Made by a program: the position numbers and the translations under genes
DNA from: Octopus sinensis
Lineage: Eukaryota
Direction: 5' to 3'
DNA length: 64,000 nucleotides
NCBI RefSeq assembly: GCF_006345805.1
Contig: NC_042998.1
Coordinates: 37,138,001-37,202,000, forward strand
Shown: in pieces, positions 40,291 to 54,124 of the stretch
Layout of the letters: every line of letters begins with the position of its first letter
How positions within the stretch are numbered: the stretch's first letter is position 1
Notes under the pieces: generated by a model
Seen by the model: only the letters and a program-made list of their open reading frames with translations
The model's database searches: none
Told to the model about the DNA's origin: nothing

Positions 40291-41127
40291 CATAGAAATA
40301 GAGTAAAACATATTCTGCTTCAAACTTTCAAGAACCAGAAAATCAATGCTTGTGTAGGATGACATGGTTGTCAGCTTTTCTGAAATGCATATGTTCTGTG
40401 AAGGGTGAGAGCTATATTGTCACGCTCAAAGAAAAAAAGAGAAAAAAAGAGAATTTATTAGGAAGAATAAACCGCAAAAAATCTGAAAAGTATTCACATT
40501 CTCCGTAAAGATGTGCGACCATGCTCATAATCTGTAAAATCCGGCAATTGCAATATGAAAGTAATGAATGATCCATTGTAATGATCCATTGTAGATCCCG
40601 AATTGGGCCTACTCTCACATACAACTCTTCGGTTCAATGAATTACACTCATCGTTTCATGATATTGCGATATTTGCTGTGAAGAATTGAAAACAGGAGCA
40701 CACGCCTCGATCTTTTCAAAAAAGATTCGAGCGATGGGTTCAACAATGGCACACATGCATTGCAGGAGGTAACAGAGAATACGTTGCACAGTTTACTTGT
40801 ATAAATGAAGTGGCAGTATAATTTCAACAACACAAAGGACGCCCATTTTCGCATTCCTTTCAGCACTACATGTGCATATTATGCGCATTCAGCGCAAAAT
40901 ATTCCAGTCTACGTCATTAGGTTCACATAGAGGTGCATAAGTAACCAACATTCAGTGAATAGCCATTCCTATAATTTAACATCACTGCCATTTACGTATA
41001 TTTACTGTGTGCGTGGCATAGTTTATTTCACTCTCTACATTCCCGACAATTCATGGCATAAACTTACCCTCGGAATGTGAATTATTACCTACACTTCCAT
41101 CTTACATGTCTCAGATCATTAATTCCA

Positions 41128-41265
41128 GATTAAGGTGGCGAGTTGGTGGAATCGTAAACACGCTGAACAAATAACTTAACGGGATTTCCCCCGTTTTTTA
41201 CGTTCTGACTTCAAACGACGTAGGGGTCGACTTTGCCTTTCATCCTTCGACGTCGATAAAAGAAA
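41128..41265 (+). mobile_element. Diverged SINE 5' part (family of 33070-33485)
   Basis: AAGGTGGCGAGTTGG..TACGTTCTGACTTCAAA..GGTCGACTTTGCCTTTCATCCTT. Confidence 0.75.
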
Positions 41266-42094
41266 GGCAAATTGCCAATATTTGAAACTAATGTTACTCT
41301 AGATTTCACATAAACTTAACTGGTGAAATGAATACAAAAACTGACACTTCAGAGAATCAAGAGGCGTTTGATACTCAAAACAATACATGGAGATTGTAAG
41401 AGTACGTTCCTCACAATCAGAATTAATCATCTCACCTACTGCTAATAAAATGAATATATTTAAGCATACATGCAAACGATGCTGCTGAGAAAACAGCACA
41501 ACAAACATTACCTTTAAGGGAAGAAATGCATCAGGCTCACTCCAGCTACAATACGGTAGATACTTTAAAGACGCATAACTGTACCTGGACGTCTATTGAA
41601 ACTGTATATGCAACTACTGCAAACACTAGCTAATAAAATTTCCTTTTATCGTTATTACTGTTGTTAAGGTTGTCATAATATAGCGACTAAACGGATTATT
41701 TTTGAATTTAAGCTTCAAAATAATTTTTTTTTAAAGATGTGATTGAAATATAAAAATGTGAAATTAGCGTTCACTAAAATGGATTTGAAAGAAGAAAGAA
41801 AGACAATGGATCATACTTTTGGTGTAGCCTGCAGCAAAAGATATGTTGATAAAATATTTTAGATTTGGTCAGTGATTGCATTTAAAGGTGCCTTAAAAAT
41901 TTGGTTACTGTTTTCAAATGAGAATATTGCTGACGGCTAATAATTTCTTTAGGGGCTTCTGAAGTCATATCGCAATAAATAAATGCAAGCAATCCTAAAG
42001 AACAGGATTTGTTACGTAGCGTTTCAATGGTGCCGGAAGAATAATGTGTATTTCAATTCTCCTTGAAATATATAGATTTTTTTTTTCTTGCAGT

Positions 42095-42177
42095 TGATGA
42101 TGATGATGATGATGATGACGAAGACGACGACGGCAACAATGACGAGGACAACAACAACAACAACAACAATAATAATA

Positions 42178-42210
<33 letters not shown>

Positions 42211-42217
42211 ATAATAA
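42095..42217. repeat. Compound (GAT)n(GAC)n(AAC)n(AAT)n trinucleotide repeat
   Basis: Direct inspection. Confidence 0.95.
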
Positions 42218-42448
42218 TCCTTTCTTTTATAGGCTGAAGGCCTGAAATTCGGTGGGAAGGATTAGTCGATTATATCGTTGCCCGTGTTCAAGTAGTACTT
42301 ATTTCATCGACCTCGAAATAACGACCGGTGACATCGAACTAGGTAACATTAATATTAATATCAATGCTACTACTAATAATAATTGCCTTTTCTTTCTTTA
42401 TTTTGGTACACAGCCATTAATTTTTCATGGGGAGAAGAAAGTCTGTGT

Positions 42449-43679
42449 AATAGTTGAATCTATTTTGAAACTCTACTCTCCTGTAGAATTCACTTCTTCA
42501 GCCTGATTTTAATCTAGTGTTAGAGATATACAGCTGTTTTGAAACAATTTCTTTTGCTGTCAACGAAAGTGAAATTATTTAGATGAATGAAGTCTCACTT
42601 TTCAACAATTGCGAATATCTTATTGCATCTGACGGATTGATTAAGAAAACGTATTACAGTGGTACTTTACTTCCCCGACGTCGAAGGAATGAGAAATAAA
42701 AGTACAGTTTCAATCCCGCTCAGGTCGGTGCTGCCTTTTAGCCTTTTACGGTGGATATAATAAAGTAAAAGATTACTATTAAAGGAAGGATTTCTGTCAA
42801 CATTTGAAGTTATAACAACGTGAGATTATATAAAGAGCATGTAAAAAGCGAGAATCAAATTTCGAAAATCAAAAGTCGGAAAAACGAAAATCCAATTTAC
42901 CCCCAAATAGATTGAAGTTTAAGGCATCACATGCTAAAAAAAAAACACCTACAAATGTCAGTGATTTTTACGTTGATATAAATATGGAACATCAGTGATT
43001 GCTTGTACCTGGACACGGAAACAGCATTTGTTTCTGCCCATTAAAAATTACCAGGCAAACGAAGGAATATTTATTACGGAGGGGATTGTATAAGAATGTT
43101 GTATCATACAAAGCATGTATCTCGGTATTTAGTTTTTTAATATATATCGTATTTGCGGGCGATACTCTTTTTACCACACATGGGGAGGGATTTTTTAAAA
43201 ATGGATAGTTTTATCGGTTTTAGTCTTCATGATTACATTTCCCACCGATGTAAATGGCTGGAAGTAATTCACAAGCATGTATAGATATATGTAAACATAT
43301 ACGACGGCTTTCTGTCCCGTATGAATGTGAAAGATGTTGGTCAAACGAAAGCTGTTCAAGGAGATTGTATCTTAATTTACTGGGCAATGAAATTAAAGAC
43401 CCACTGCATCGTAAAACCTGTTCTAGGCATTCAAGCATAACCAACTTAAGTCGTTCTATCGATAAATAGTTGAATCTATTTTGAAACTCTACTCTCCTAT
43501 ATAATGCACTTCTTCAGCCTGATTTTAATCTAGTGTTAGAGATATACAACTGTTTTGAAACAATTTCTTTTGCTGTCAACGAAACTGAAATTATTTAGAG
43601 GAAATGAAGTCTCACTTTCCAACAATTGCGGATATCTTATTGCGTCTGACGGTTTGATTAAGAAAACATATTACAGTGG
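42449..43679 (+). repeat. About 214-bp direct repeat pair (42449-42662 and 43465-43679)
   Basis: AATAGTTGAATCTATTTTGAAACTCTACTCTCC...TTAAGAAAAC(G/A)TATTACAGTGG twice; roughly 90% or more identical by eye. Confidence 0.9.
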
Positions 43680-43721
43680 AAATATGTCATAAATTCCCTC
43701 TACATATATATATATATATAT

Positions 43722-43969
43722 TAGGTAAAGACCCCCTTCGGTCATGAATGACCATGGGATTGCACCTAGAAAGTTACCTTCCTAGATACAAGTCCGGGCA
43801 AGGTTGTTTATGGAAGGCCAGCAGTCGCCCATGCATACCAGCCTCCCCTCTCCACGCCACCAGTGTTATCCAAGGGAAAGACAAAGGTCGATACATCTTG
43901 GCACCAGTGACGTCGCAACTCATTTCTACAGCTGAGTGAACTGGAGCAACGTGAAATAAAGTGCCTTGC
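43722..43969 (-). mobile_element. 5'-truncated SINE with a Meta-domain-like core
   Basis: Minus: GCAAGGCACTTTATTTCACGTTGCTCCAGTTCACTCAGCTG...GGTGCAATCCCATGGTCATTCATGACCGAAGGGGGTCT. Confidence 0.65.
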
Positions 43970-45404
43970 ATATATATATATATAAAATAATTTATTTGAA
44001 CAGAAATATGCCATATATTAGACGACATATGTAGAAATATATGCTATATAATAATTCTGAATATGTACATTCAGAAACTATGCACAAATTCTTTATTTTA
44101 TGCTGCGACTTAAAATACGAAACAAAGGTACGGTTTCCCGTTCTCTGCTCGATTTTGGTATTCTTTAAAAACCGACATGATTCCATGTTTTAAATTTACG
44201 TGCAAGAGTGAGGACATAGAAATATGCACAATGCCACAATCCAGACATGGAAACATATAAAACGAAATCTAAATCCAAATTCAAAATTGACTTGAATTAA
44301 AAAATACCTGACGAATTCCAATTTGAACTGACAATATATATAAATATATATATAGATATATATATATATATAGGAGTAAAAGTAAGGATAAGCACGTTAG
44401 GCAAGAGTTGATAGATAAAATATTAAATACATAAGAGAAATCTATTTCTAAATAATAGATAATTGGATATAGAACGATAAATTTGTGAAAATTGTTCAGT
44501 GTCTCCCTTTCTAGATTTAATCACAAGAAATTTTTGAGAGACATTTATGAAAGTGAATGCCTAATTGACTCACCAGAATAAAATAACAAACAGAAAACAG
44601 ACGAATTTAGTGGAAATATAATAGTACAAGCAATTCATAAATAACATATAATTTCGATATTATGTTGGATAATAGTAGATTGAAGAAAACATATGTAAAT
44701 ATGACCTGCGAAACGATAATCAAAAGGTTACCAAGAAATATCGACATCTGTTATGAAGTTTTAATTATGAGGTTCAAACCGAATACATACGAAAATGAAG
44801 GTTTTACTCTTGTATTTCTTTTGATATTAGTTTCTGGGCTCTGGTCTTAACTAGAAAATAAATGACGACAATTGATAATTGTGTGTTCTTTGTTTGAGAA
44901 ACAATATAAATACTTCAATCTTCTGTAATATTAATTGCATATTTCTACATTATACACTTAGTATAAAACCACATTCGATTTAAATATAGGTATTATCTCA
45001 TAATTTACTTAATAAGTTAGAAAGAAATATAATCAAATATCAGAAACTGAGTGATAATACTATGAAGTTCTCAGGGTAAGTAAGGAACGAGAATTTTAAT
45101 AAAGATAAAACGTCAAGATTAATGTACTAGATAATGAGAGACAGTGTTTTGCTATCGGGTTTTTAATTTGATTTTGCTTTCCATTATTTTAATATAATGT
45201 CTTATAGCTGTAACTAGATAAAATATGCATAGATGTATACGAACATATACGAATTCATAAACACAAAAATGCATAATTATTATACAGGCATGCGAGCATA
45301 TTAATATGCCTTTGATTATCTATTTCAGCCTCCCGCCCTCGCTCTCTCTCTCTCTCTCTCTCTGTATATGTTATAATATATATATATATATATATTATAT
45401 ATAA

Positions 45405-48400
45405 AGGGCTTAGTAAAATAAATTACTTTGCCGCATACTGAACTCATTAGAAATAGCAGCCAAAAAACTTTTTTTAAACTATTTCTAATACTTAAAGAAA
45501 ATCTCTCTCATATATAGTGTTTGCTTAATTCAACTCACAAAAGTTTGGGGGTAAGGACATCGAAAAATCAAATGCTAAGGTTATTCGAGAACGTACGTTT
45601 CAAGATTAGTCAAAACAACATTTCTATCATCGGCTCAGAAATTCCTTGGTTGGATTTGGAAACACTGAAAATAAGAACATACCCATTCGAAGATCTGCTC
45701 CCAACTAACAGTGCCAACAAATTCAAATAAGCAAGCGAAGAATCTCTGTTCTCCCCTTTCCACCAGCGTGGGTTAAAATCATCAAACACTATGCTTATTT
45801 CGGTAAAATCCGAAGCATTAATCAGAGGGAGATTAATTATAATTTCAACAATTGAGGGCAAAATTAATTAATTATTAATCAATTTCACCAAGTGTTCAGT
45901 ATGCAAAGGACCATTCAAGGCGAATTCAAATTATTACTTATATAAAAGGGCTTAGTAAAATAAATTACTTTGCCGCATACTGAACTCATTAGAAATAGCA
46001 GCCAAAAAACTTTTTTTAAACTATTTCCAATACTTAAGGAATCTCTCTCATATATAGTGTTTGCTTAATTCAACTCACAAAAGTTTGGGGGTAAGGACAT
46101 CGAAAAATCAAATGCTAAGGTTATTCGAGAACGTACGTTTCAAGATTAGTCAAAACAACATTTCTATCATCGGCTCAGAAATTCCTTGGTTTGGATTTGG
46201 AAACACTGAAAATAAGAACATACCCATTCGAAGATCTGCTCCCAACTAACAGTGCCAACAAATTCAAATAAGCAAGCGAAGAATCTCTGTTCTCCCCTTT
46301 CCACCAGCGTGGGTTAAAATCATCAAACACTATGCTTATTTCGGTAAAATCCGAAGCATTAATCAGAGGGAGAATAATTATAATTTCAACAATTGAGGGC
46401 AAAATTAATTAATTATTAATCAATTTCACCAAGTGTTCAGTATGCAAAGGGACCATTCAAGGCGAATTCAAATTATTACATTATATAAAAGGGCTTAGTA
46501 AAATAAATTACTTTGCCGCATACTGAACTCATTAGAAATAGCAGCCAAAAAACTTTTTTAAAACTATTTCCAATACTTAAGGAAATCTCTCTCATATATA
46601 GTGTTTGCTTAATTCAACTCACAAAAGTTTGGGGGTAAGGACATCGAAAAATCAAATGCTAAGGTTATTCGAGAACGTACGTTTCAAGATTAGTCAAAAC
46701 AACATTTCTATCATCGGCTCAGAAATTCCTTGGTTTGGATTTGGAAACACTGAAAATAAGAACATACCCTTTCGAAGATCTGCTCCCAACTACAGTGCCA
46801 ACAATTCAAATAAGGAAGCGAAGAATCTCTGTTCTCCCCTTTCCACCAGCGTGGGTTAAAATCATCAACACTATGCTTATTTCGGTAAAATCCGAAGCAT
46901 TAATCAGAGGGAGATTAATTATAATTTCAACAATTAAGGGCAAAATAATTTAATTATTAATCAATTTCACCAAGTGTTCAGTATGCAAAGGGACCATTCA
47001 AGGCGAATTCAAATTATTACATTATATAAAAGGGCTTAGTAAAATATGGGGGTATGTTCTTATTTTCAGTGTTTCCAAATCCAAACCAAGGAATTTCTGA
47101 GCCGATGATAGAAATGTTGTTTTGACTAATCTTGAAACGTACGTTATCGAATAACCTTAGCATTTGATTTTTCGATGTCCTTACCCCCAAACTTTTGTGA
47201 GTTGAATTAAGCAAACACTATATATGAGAGAGATTTTCTTTAAGTATTAGAAATAGTTTTAAAAAAGTTTTTTGGCTGCTATTTCTAATGAGTTCAGTAT
47301 GCGGCAAAGTAATTTATTTTACTAAGCCCTTTTATATAATGTAATAATTTGAATTCGCCTTGAATGGTCCTTTGCATACTGAACACTTGGTGAAATTGAT
47401 TAATAATTAATTAATTTTGCCCTCAATTGTTGAAATTATAATTAATCTCCCTCTGATTAATGCTTCGGATTTTACCGAAATAAGCATAGTGTTTGATGAT
47501 TTTAACCCACGCTGGTGGAAAGGGGAGAACAGAGATTCTTCGCTTGCTTATTTGAATTTGTTGGCACTGTTAGTTGGGAGCAGATCTTCGAAAGGGTATG
47601 TTCTTATTTTCAGTGTTTCCAAATCCAAACCAAGGAATTTCTGAGCCGATGATAGAAATGTTGTTTTGACTAATCTTGAAACGTACGTTCTCGAATAACC
47701 TTAGCATTTGATTTTTCGATGTCCTTACCCCCAACTTTTGTGAGTTGAATTAAGCAAACACTATATATGAGAGAGATTTTCTTTAAGTATTAGAAATAGT
47801 TTTAAAAAAGTTTTTTGGCTGCTATTTCTAATGAGTTCAGTATGCGGCAAAGTAATTTATTTTACTAAGCCCTTTTATATAATGTAATAATTTGAATTCG
47901 CCTTGAATGGTCCCTTTGCATACTGAACACTTGGTGAAATTGATTAATAATTAATTTTGGCCCTCAATTGTTGAAATTATAATTAATCTCCCTCTGATTA
48001 TGCTTCGGATTTTACCGAAATAAGCTAGTGTTTGATGATTTTAACCCACGCTGGTGGAAAGGGGAGAACAGAGATTCTTCGCTTGCTTATTTGAATTTGT
48101 TGGCACTGTTAGTTGGGAGCAGATCTTCGAAAGGGTATGTTCTTATTTTCAGTGTTTCCAAATCCAAACCAAGGAATTTCTGAGCCGATGATAGAAATGT
48201 TGTTTTGACTAATCTTGAAACGTACGTTCTCGAATAACCTTAGCATTTGATTTTTCGATGTCCTTACCCCCAAACTTTTGTGAGTTGAATTAAGCAAACA
48301 CTATATATGAGAGAGATTTTCTTTAAGTATTAGAAATAGTTTTAAAAAAGTTTTTTGGCTGCTATTTCTAATGAGTTCAGTATGCGGCAAAGTAATTTAT

Positions 48401-50147
48401 TTTACTAAGCCCTTTTATATAATGTAATAATTTGAATTCGCCTGAATGGTCCCTTTGCATACTGAACACTTGGTGAAATTGATTAATAATTAATTAATTT
48501 TGCCCTCAATTGTTGAAATTATAATTAATCTCCCTCTGATTAATGCTTCGGATTTTACCGAAATAAGCATAGTGTTTGATGATTTTAACCCACGCTGGTG
48601 GAAAGGGGAGAACAGAGATTCTTCGCTTGCTTATTTGAATTTGTTGGCACTGTTAGTTGGGAGCAGATCTTCGAAAGGGTATGTTCTTATTTTCAGTTTT
48701 CCAAATCCAAACCAAGGAATTTCTGAGCCGATGATAGAAATGTTGTTTTGACTAATCTTGAAACGTACGTTCTCGAATAACCTTAGCATTTGATTTTTCG
48801 ATGTCCTTACCCCCAAACTTTTGTGAGTTGAATTAAGCAAACACTATATATGAGAGAGATTTTCTTTAAGTATTAGAAATAGTTTTAAAAAAGTTTTTTG
48901 GCTGCTATTTCTAATGAGTTCAGTATGCAGCAAAGTAATTTATTTTACTAAGCCCTTTTATATAATGTAATAATTTGAATTCGCCTTGAATGGTCCCTTT
49001 GCATACTGAACACTTGGTGAAATTGATTAATAATTAATTATTTTGCCCTCAATTGTTGAAATTATAATTAATCTCCCTCTGATTAATGCTTCGGATTTTA
49101 CCGAAATAAGCATAGTGTTTGATGATTTTAACCCACGCTGGTGGAAAGGGGAGAACAGAGATTCTTCGCTTGCTTATTTGAATTTGTTGGCACTGTTAGT
49201 TGGGAGCAGATCTTCGAAAGGGTATGTTCTTATTTTCAGTGTTTCCAAATCCAAACCAAGGATTTCTGAGCCGATGATAGAAATGTTGTTTTGACTAATC
49301 TTGAAACGTACGTATCGAATAACCTTAGCATTTGATTTTTCGATGTCCTTACCCCCAAACTTTTGTGAGTTGAATTAGCAAACACTATATATGAGAGAGA
49401 TTTTCTTTAAGTATTAGAAATAGTTTTTAAAAAGTTTTTTGGCTGCTATTTCTAATGAGTTCAGTATGCGGCAAAGTAATTTATTTTACTAAGCCCTTTT
49501 ATATAATGTAATATTTGAATTCGCCTTGAATGGTCCCTTTGCATACTGAACACTTGGTGAAATTGATTAATAATTAATTAATTTTGCCCTCAATTGTTGA
49601 AATTATAATTAATCTCCCTCTGATTAATGCTTCGGATTTTACCGAAATAAGCATAGTGTTGATGATTTTAACCCACGCTGGTGGAAAGGGGAGAACAGAG
49701 ATTCTTCGCTTGCTTATTTGAATTTGTTGGCACTGTTAGTTTGGAGCAGATCTTCGAAAGGGTATGTTCTTATTTTCAGTGTTTCCAAATCCAAACCAAG
49801 GAATTTCTGAGCCGATGATAGAAATGTTGTTTTGACTAATCTTGAAACGTACGTTCTCGAATAACCTTAGCATTTGATTTTTCGATGTCCTTACCCCCAA
49901 ACTTTTGTGAGTTGAATTAAGCAAACACTATATATGAAGAGATTTTCTTTAAGTATTAGAAATACTTTTAAAAAGTTTTTTGGCTGCTATTTCTAATGAG
50001 TTCAGTATGCGGCAAAGTAATTTAATTTACTAAGCCCTTTTATATAATGTAATAATTTGAGTTCGCCTTGAATGGTCCCTTTGCATACTGAACACTTGGT
50101 GAAATTGATTAATAATTAATTAATTTTGCCCTCAATTGTTGAAATTA
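45405..50147. repeat. About 542-bp-unit tandem array (variant A): about 3 units in one orientation, then about 5.7 in the opposite
   Basis: AGGGCTTAGT at 45405, 45947, 46490 and 47031; inversion at about 47046; GAAATTA ends at 47438, 47979, 48521, 49064, 49605 and 50147; (TA)n at both ends. Confidence 0.97.
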
Positions 50148-50251
50148 TATATATATATATATATCACCCACACACAACCACACACCCACACACCACACAC
50201 ACACACACCACACATATATATATAGATATTATATATATATATATTATATAC

Positions 50252-50282
<31 letters not shown>

Positions 50283-51282
50283 CACACACAACATTCATAT
50301 TTATTTCCTCACACTTCTTTTCTATTGGACTTTCTTCAGTCTACTGTTTCTGAAGAAGAGCCTTTCTTTCCTTCTTGAGGATTTACCATATACATATATA
50401 CATACATACATACATACATACATACTTACATACATACATACATACATATATTTATATATATATATGCATATATACATATATATATATGTATACACACACA
50501 CACATATGTATATAAATATATAAAAAGATATAAGTATTATATATTTATGAAGACATTATTATGCGAATGGAAACAATGATGCATTTGGTCTTACGATGAG
50601 CATTTTCTTATTTTGCATTCACACCTTATAACAAATACTTACATTTACAAATAGTTGCTTACCCTGCCAAATGAAGATATCTAAATGAACAAATTCATCA
50701 GATTTTTTACCCTTAAATAGATGAAATCCAATTGGTATTTGTTGTATAAGATTCAAAGATTTTTTTACCATTATTCGACCCAACTTTTACAGAAGAAAAC
50801 CCAATACACATTTACTATGATATAATGGTAAATTTTTATAAATAAACTACCTCCTTGGCAACCTACATAAACTGCCTCAAGACACAAAACATACTTTATA
50901 CACTATCCTGGTCTATAGTTTGTGGTGGAACTCAAGAGAATGCAAATCTCCGCACTTATAATCTATGTTGTTGCGAATGGCTCGCAATATTGCACCAAAA
51001 TGAAACATATTTACTTTATCGATTCTCTGACGTAATCTTCTCTTGCATGTTATGTCAATATTATATTAATTCACCTTGTGCGAAGAATAATTAGTAAATG
51101 CGTATAAACATTATACGTATCGACCATCTACAAATCTGTCTTTGGCCACAAAAATAGTAACTAATGATGAAGTCTTAAACATACTAAGAATAATATCTTA
51201 ATTATAATTACGAAGATAAATGTTTTTACTAAAACCACCGTCACAATGTATCTGATAATATATATTTATGTTATATATATAT

Positions 51283-51316
<34 letters not shown>

Positions 51317-51612
51317 ATACATATATATGTTGTATGTATATATATATGTATGTATATATATATATATATATATATTTATATAACGGCAACAGAAAGTCAG
51401 AAGATACCATTTACTACTTTGAACATTCATATACTATGATTTGCACACAATTTAAACTGGTTAAATATTATTCTGCTTCATTCAAACTGTTTTTCTGTAC
51501 GTTCATATATTCATACATTCATTCACACACACACACACACACACACACATACATATACACACACATACAGAGACATATATATACATATATATATATTATT
51601 GAGTTTCCTGTT

Positions 51613-51698
51613 CATCCTGATAAGGGGGGACAATTGCCTAGATGCACTTAAACTTGTAATCGAACCACGGCAAGAAACTCCCGAAATGGCCATAGATG
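51613..51698 (+). ncRNA. Type I hammerhead-like motif with extended helix II and 8-nt palindromic helix III
   Basis: CATC-CTGATAA-GGGGGGA..TTGCC..GGCAA..TCCC-GAA-ATGGCCAT-A-GATG (G8A, AUA site). Confidence 0.65.
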
Positions 51699-52105
51699 TG
51701 TTTGACTTAATTTTCTGGAACTCTCTTTGCTCCTGGACTCCAACCTCCCATGGTTTTTATGAAATGAATTTTTGGGACGTACTCATTTGTTTGAAGGGTG
51801 TAAGGAATTCTTTTTAGTCGATTGATATTTTATTTTATTTAGTTTTTTATTCTAATGACACGATTTAATATTTTTAGTCGATTTTATTTACCTTTTTGAT
51901 AGGCCGTTCTATATAGCTGTATTTTTATTCGCACATATAGTTTTTCTGTAATTTTAAATTTTTATGTTTCTATATTTGTATGCTTTATATGTTTAAAAGC
52001 CATGGTAATATTTATATATGATCAAATGTTTGGAGGTATGGTGTTATATATAAAGTCGTTTGACTGCATTTGATGTTTGTTATACGAGCATATATTAATA
52101 TATAT

Positions 52106-52143
<38 letters not shown>

Positions 52144-52356
52144 TTCAAAATGTGACCTGGCGTGTACCGTTGGCGATTTTCTTTCCTCTGTCTTCCCTTC
52201 TCTGGATCTTTCCTTCGCCTATGTTTCCGACGAAGAGCTCCGCTCGAAACGTTGAAACATCCTTATTTCCTTCTTTCCTGAGCGTCCAATAATACTATAT
52301 TTGTTCCACGACCTCGCGTTGTTGTGTTTTTTGGTGCTTTCTTGTTTGGATTAACT
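52144..52356 (+). mobile_element. Family H1 repeat with HHR-like motif at 52221-52260
   Basis: ATGTTT-CCGACGA-A-GAG-CTCCG-CTC-GAAAC-GTT-G-AAACAT. Confidence 0.85.
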
Positions 52357-52682
52357 TTATATATATATATCTATATATATACATATATTTATATAAAATC
52401 AAAAATAAGCAACAAGGATATCCAGAGGTACTGTATTACCTCTCGATATCTTTGCTGCTCCTTTTGTTTTTAATCACCTTATTTTGAAATTGTATGGATA
52501 ATACTATACTAAATTCTGGTGCCTCAACTCGCGCACCATATTCATCTGAATCTAAATTTGTACTTATATATATATAGATATAGATTTATATAAGGCGGGA
52601 AATACCGGTTGACCCTCTGGCTGAACTGTTGAGGATTCGGCGACCTTATTCTCCGTCTGTTTTCCGCTTGCTTATGTAATTA

Positions 52683-52724
<42 letters not shown>

Positions 52725-52929
52725 AGTTAATCCAAACAAGAAAGCACAAAAAAACACTACAACGCGAGAACGTGGAACAAATATAGTATTATTGGACGCT
52801 CAGGAAAGAAGGAAAGAAGGAGTATATAACGTTACGAGCGGAGCTCTTCGTCAGAAACATAGGAGAAGGAAAGATCCAGAGAAGGGAAGACAGAGGAAAA
52901 AAATCGCCAACGGTACACACGAGGTCACA
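52725..52929 (-). mobile_element. Family H1 repeat with HHR-like motif at 52822-52860
   Basis: Minus: ATGTTT-CTGACGA-A-GAG-CTCCG-CTC-GTAAC-GTT. Confidence 0.85.
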
Positions 52930-53111
52930 CATATATATATACCTATACATATATGTATGATGCATATATACATATACATATATATTTGTTCATATGCGTG
53001 CGATTCTCTTAAACCTTTATACATATTTTGTGTGGGCGGATAAATGAAATTTTTCTTGTATGAAAATACATACATGCGCACACACATAAGCTATAATACT
53101 CATATACAAAA

Positions 53112-53156
<45 letters not shown>

Positions 53157-53913
53157 CATATATATATATAATCTCATGAGTTGTATTTCTTCGGTATTGC
53201 CATTTTAGTACAAGGTGCAGATTCGACAATCTCAATTTACAAAATTATATGTTTATGAAACCTATCATTATGTATTATTCATGAAACAACTGTACCTCAT
53301 TCAATAAAACTCGGCAGTAGACTGCATTTAATTTTACATATGAAAATCACTTTTAAAATGAGTGTTTGCATATATTCTCCCCTAAGGGAGAATGAAAATC
53401 ATACTCGTGAAATGGATGGCAGTACATTTTTGATTTGTATTTACAAATTCACATGTTACCTATAATTATTATATATGTGCGTCGCAAGCATTTAGGAATA
53501 TAATAACACGGTAACAAACGTGAATATGCGTCAACTAAAATATAAATTAGATTTCCAAACACAATCTACAGGCGATGTATACTAGCACAAGTCACACAGC
53601 GCTTACATTAATTTATTATAAGAGAGCTATGATTACGAACTTACTAATGTCGTGATAAAATTCAGTTCGCTTTTATAGTTTTCCGGGCTTTAAATGTGTT
53701 CAGCAGTTCTTCATTAGAATATATCAGATGGTAGAATATTTAGAGATGGCCGATTTTTCAATAATTAATGCGAAAATATTCACATGAATATGTATTGTTA
53801 TTCAGTGTATAATTTGGTCTTCCACCAAAGTTATATATTATATATATATATATATATAATATATATATGATATATATATATATATATTATATATAATATA
53901 TATATATATATAT

Positions 53914-54124
53914 AGTTAATCCAAACAAGAAACACAGAAAAAAAGAGAAAAAAACACAGCAACGCAGGACGTGGTACAATTAAAGTATTATTGACGCTCA
54001 GGAAGAAGGAAGGAGGTTTAACGTTTCGAGCGGAGCTCTTCGTCGGAAACATGGAGAAGGAAGATCCCCAGGAGGGAAGACAGAGGAGAAAATATTTGAG
54101 CTGGTGGTGCTCAAGAGATCACAT
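53914..54124 (-). mobile_element. Family H1 repeat with HHR-like motif at 54016-54052
   Basis: Minus: ATGTTT-CCGACGA-A-GAG-CTCCG-CTC-GAAAC-GTT-AAAC. Confidence 0.85.

Noticed and set aside
45521-49924. Recurrent MLNSTHKSLG and MPSIVEII ORFs in the tandem array
   Set aside because: They start at alternative TTG codons, are broken by indels between units, are not maintained in variant B, and show no recognisable RT or GIY-YIG motif.
45405-50147. CRISPR-like or rDNA/snRNA array interpretation
   Set aside because: Whole units repeat with no unique spacers, and there is no recognisable rRNA, tRNA or snRNA sequence.
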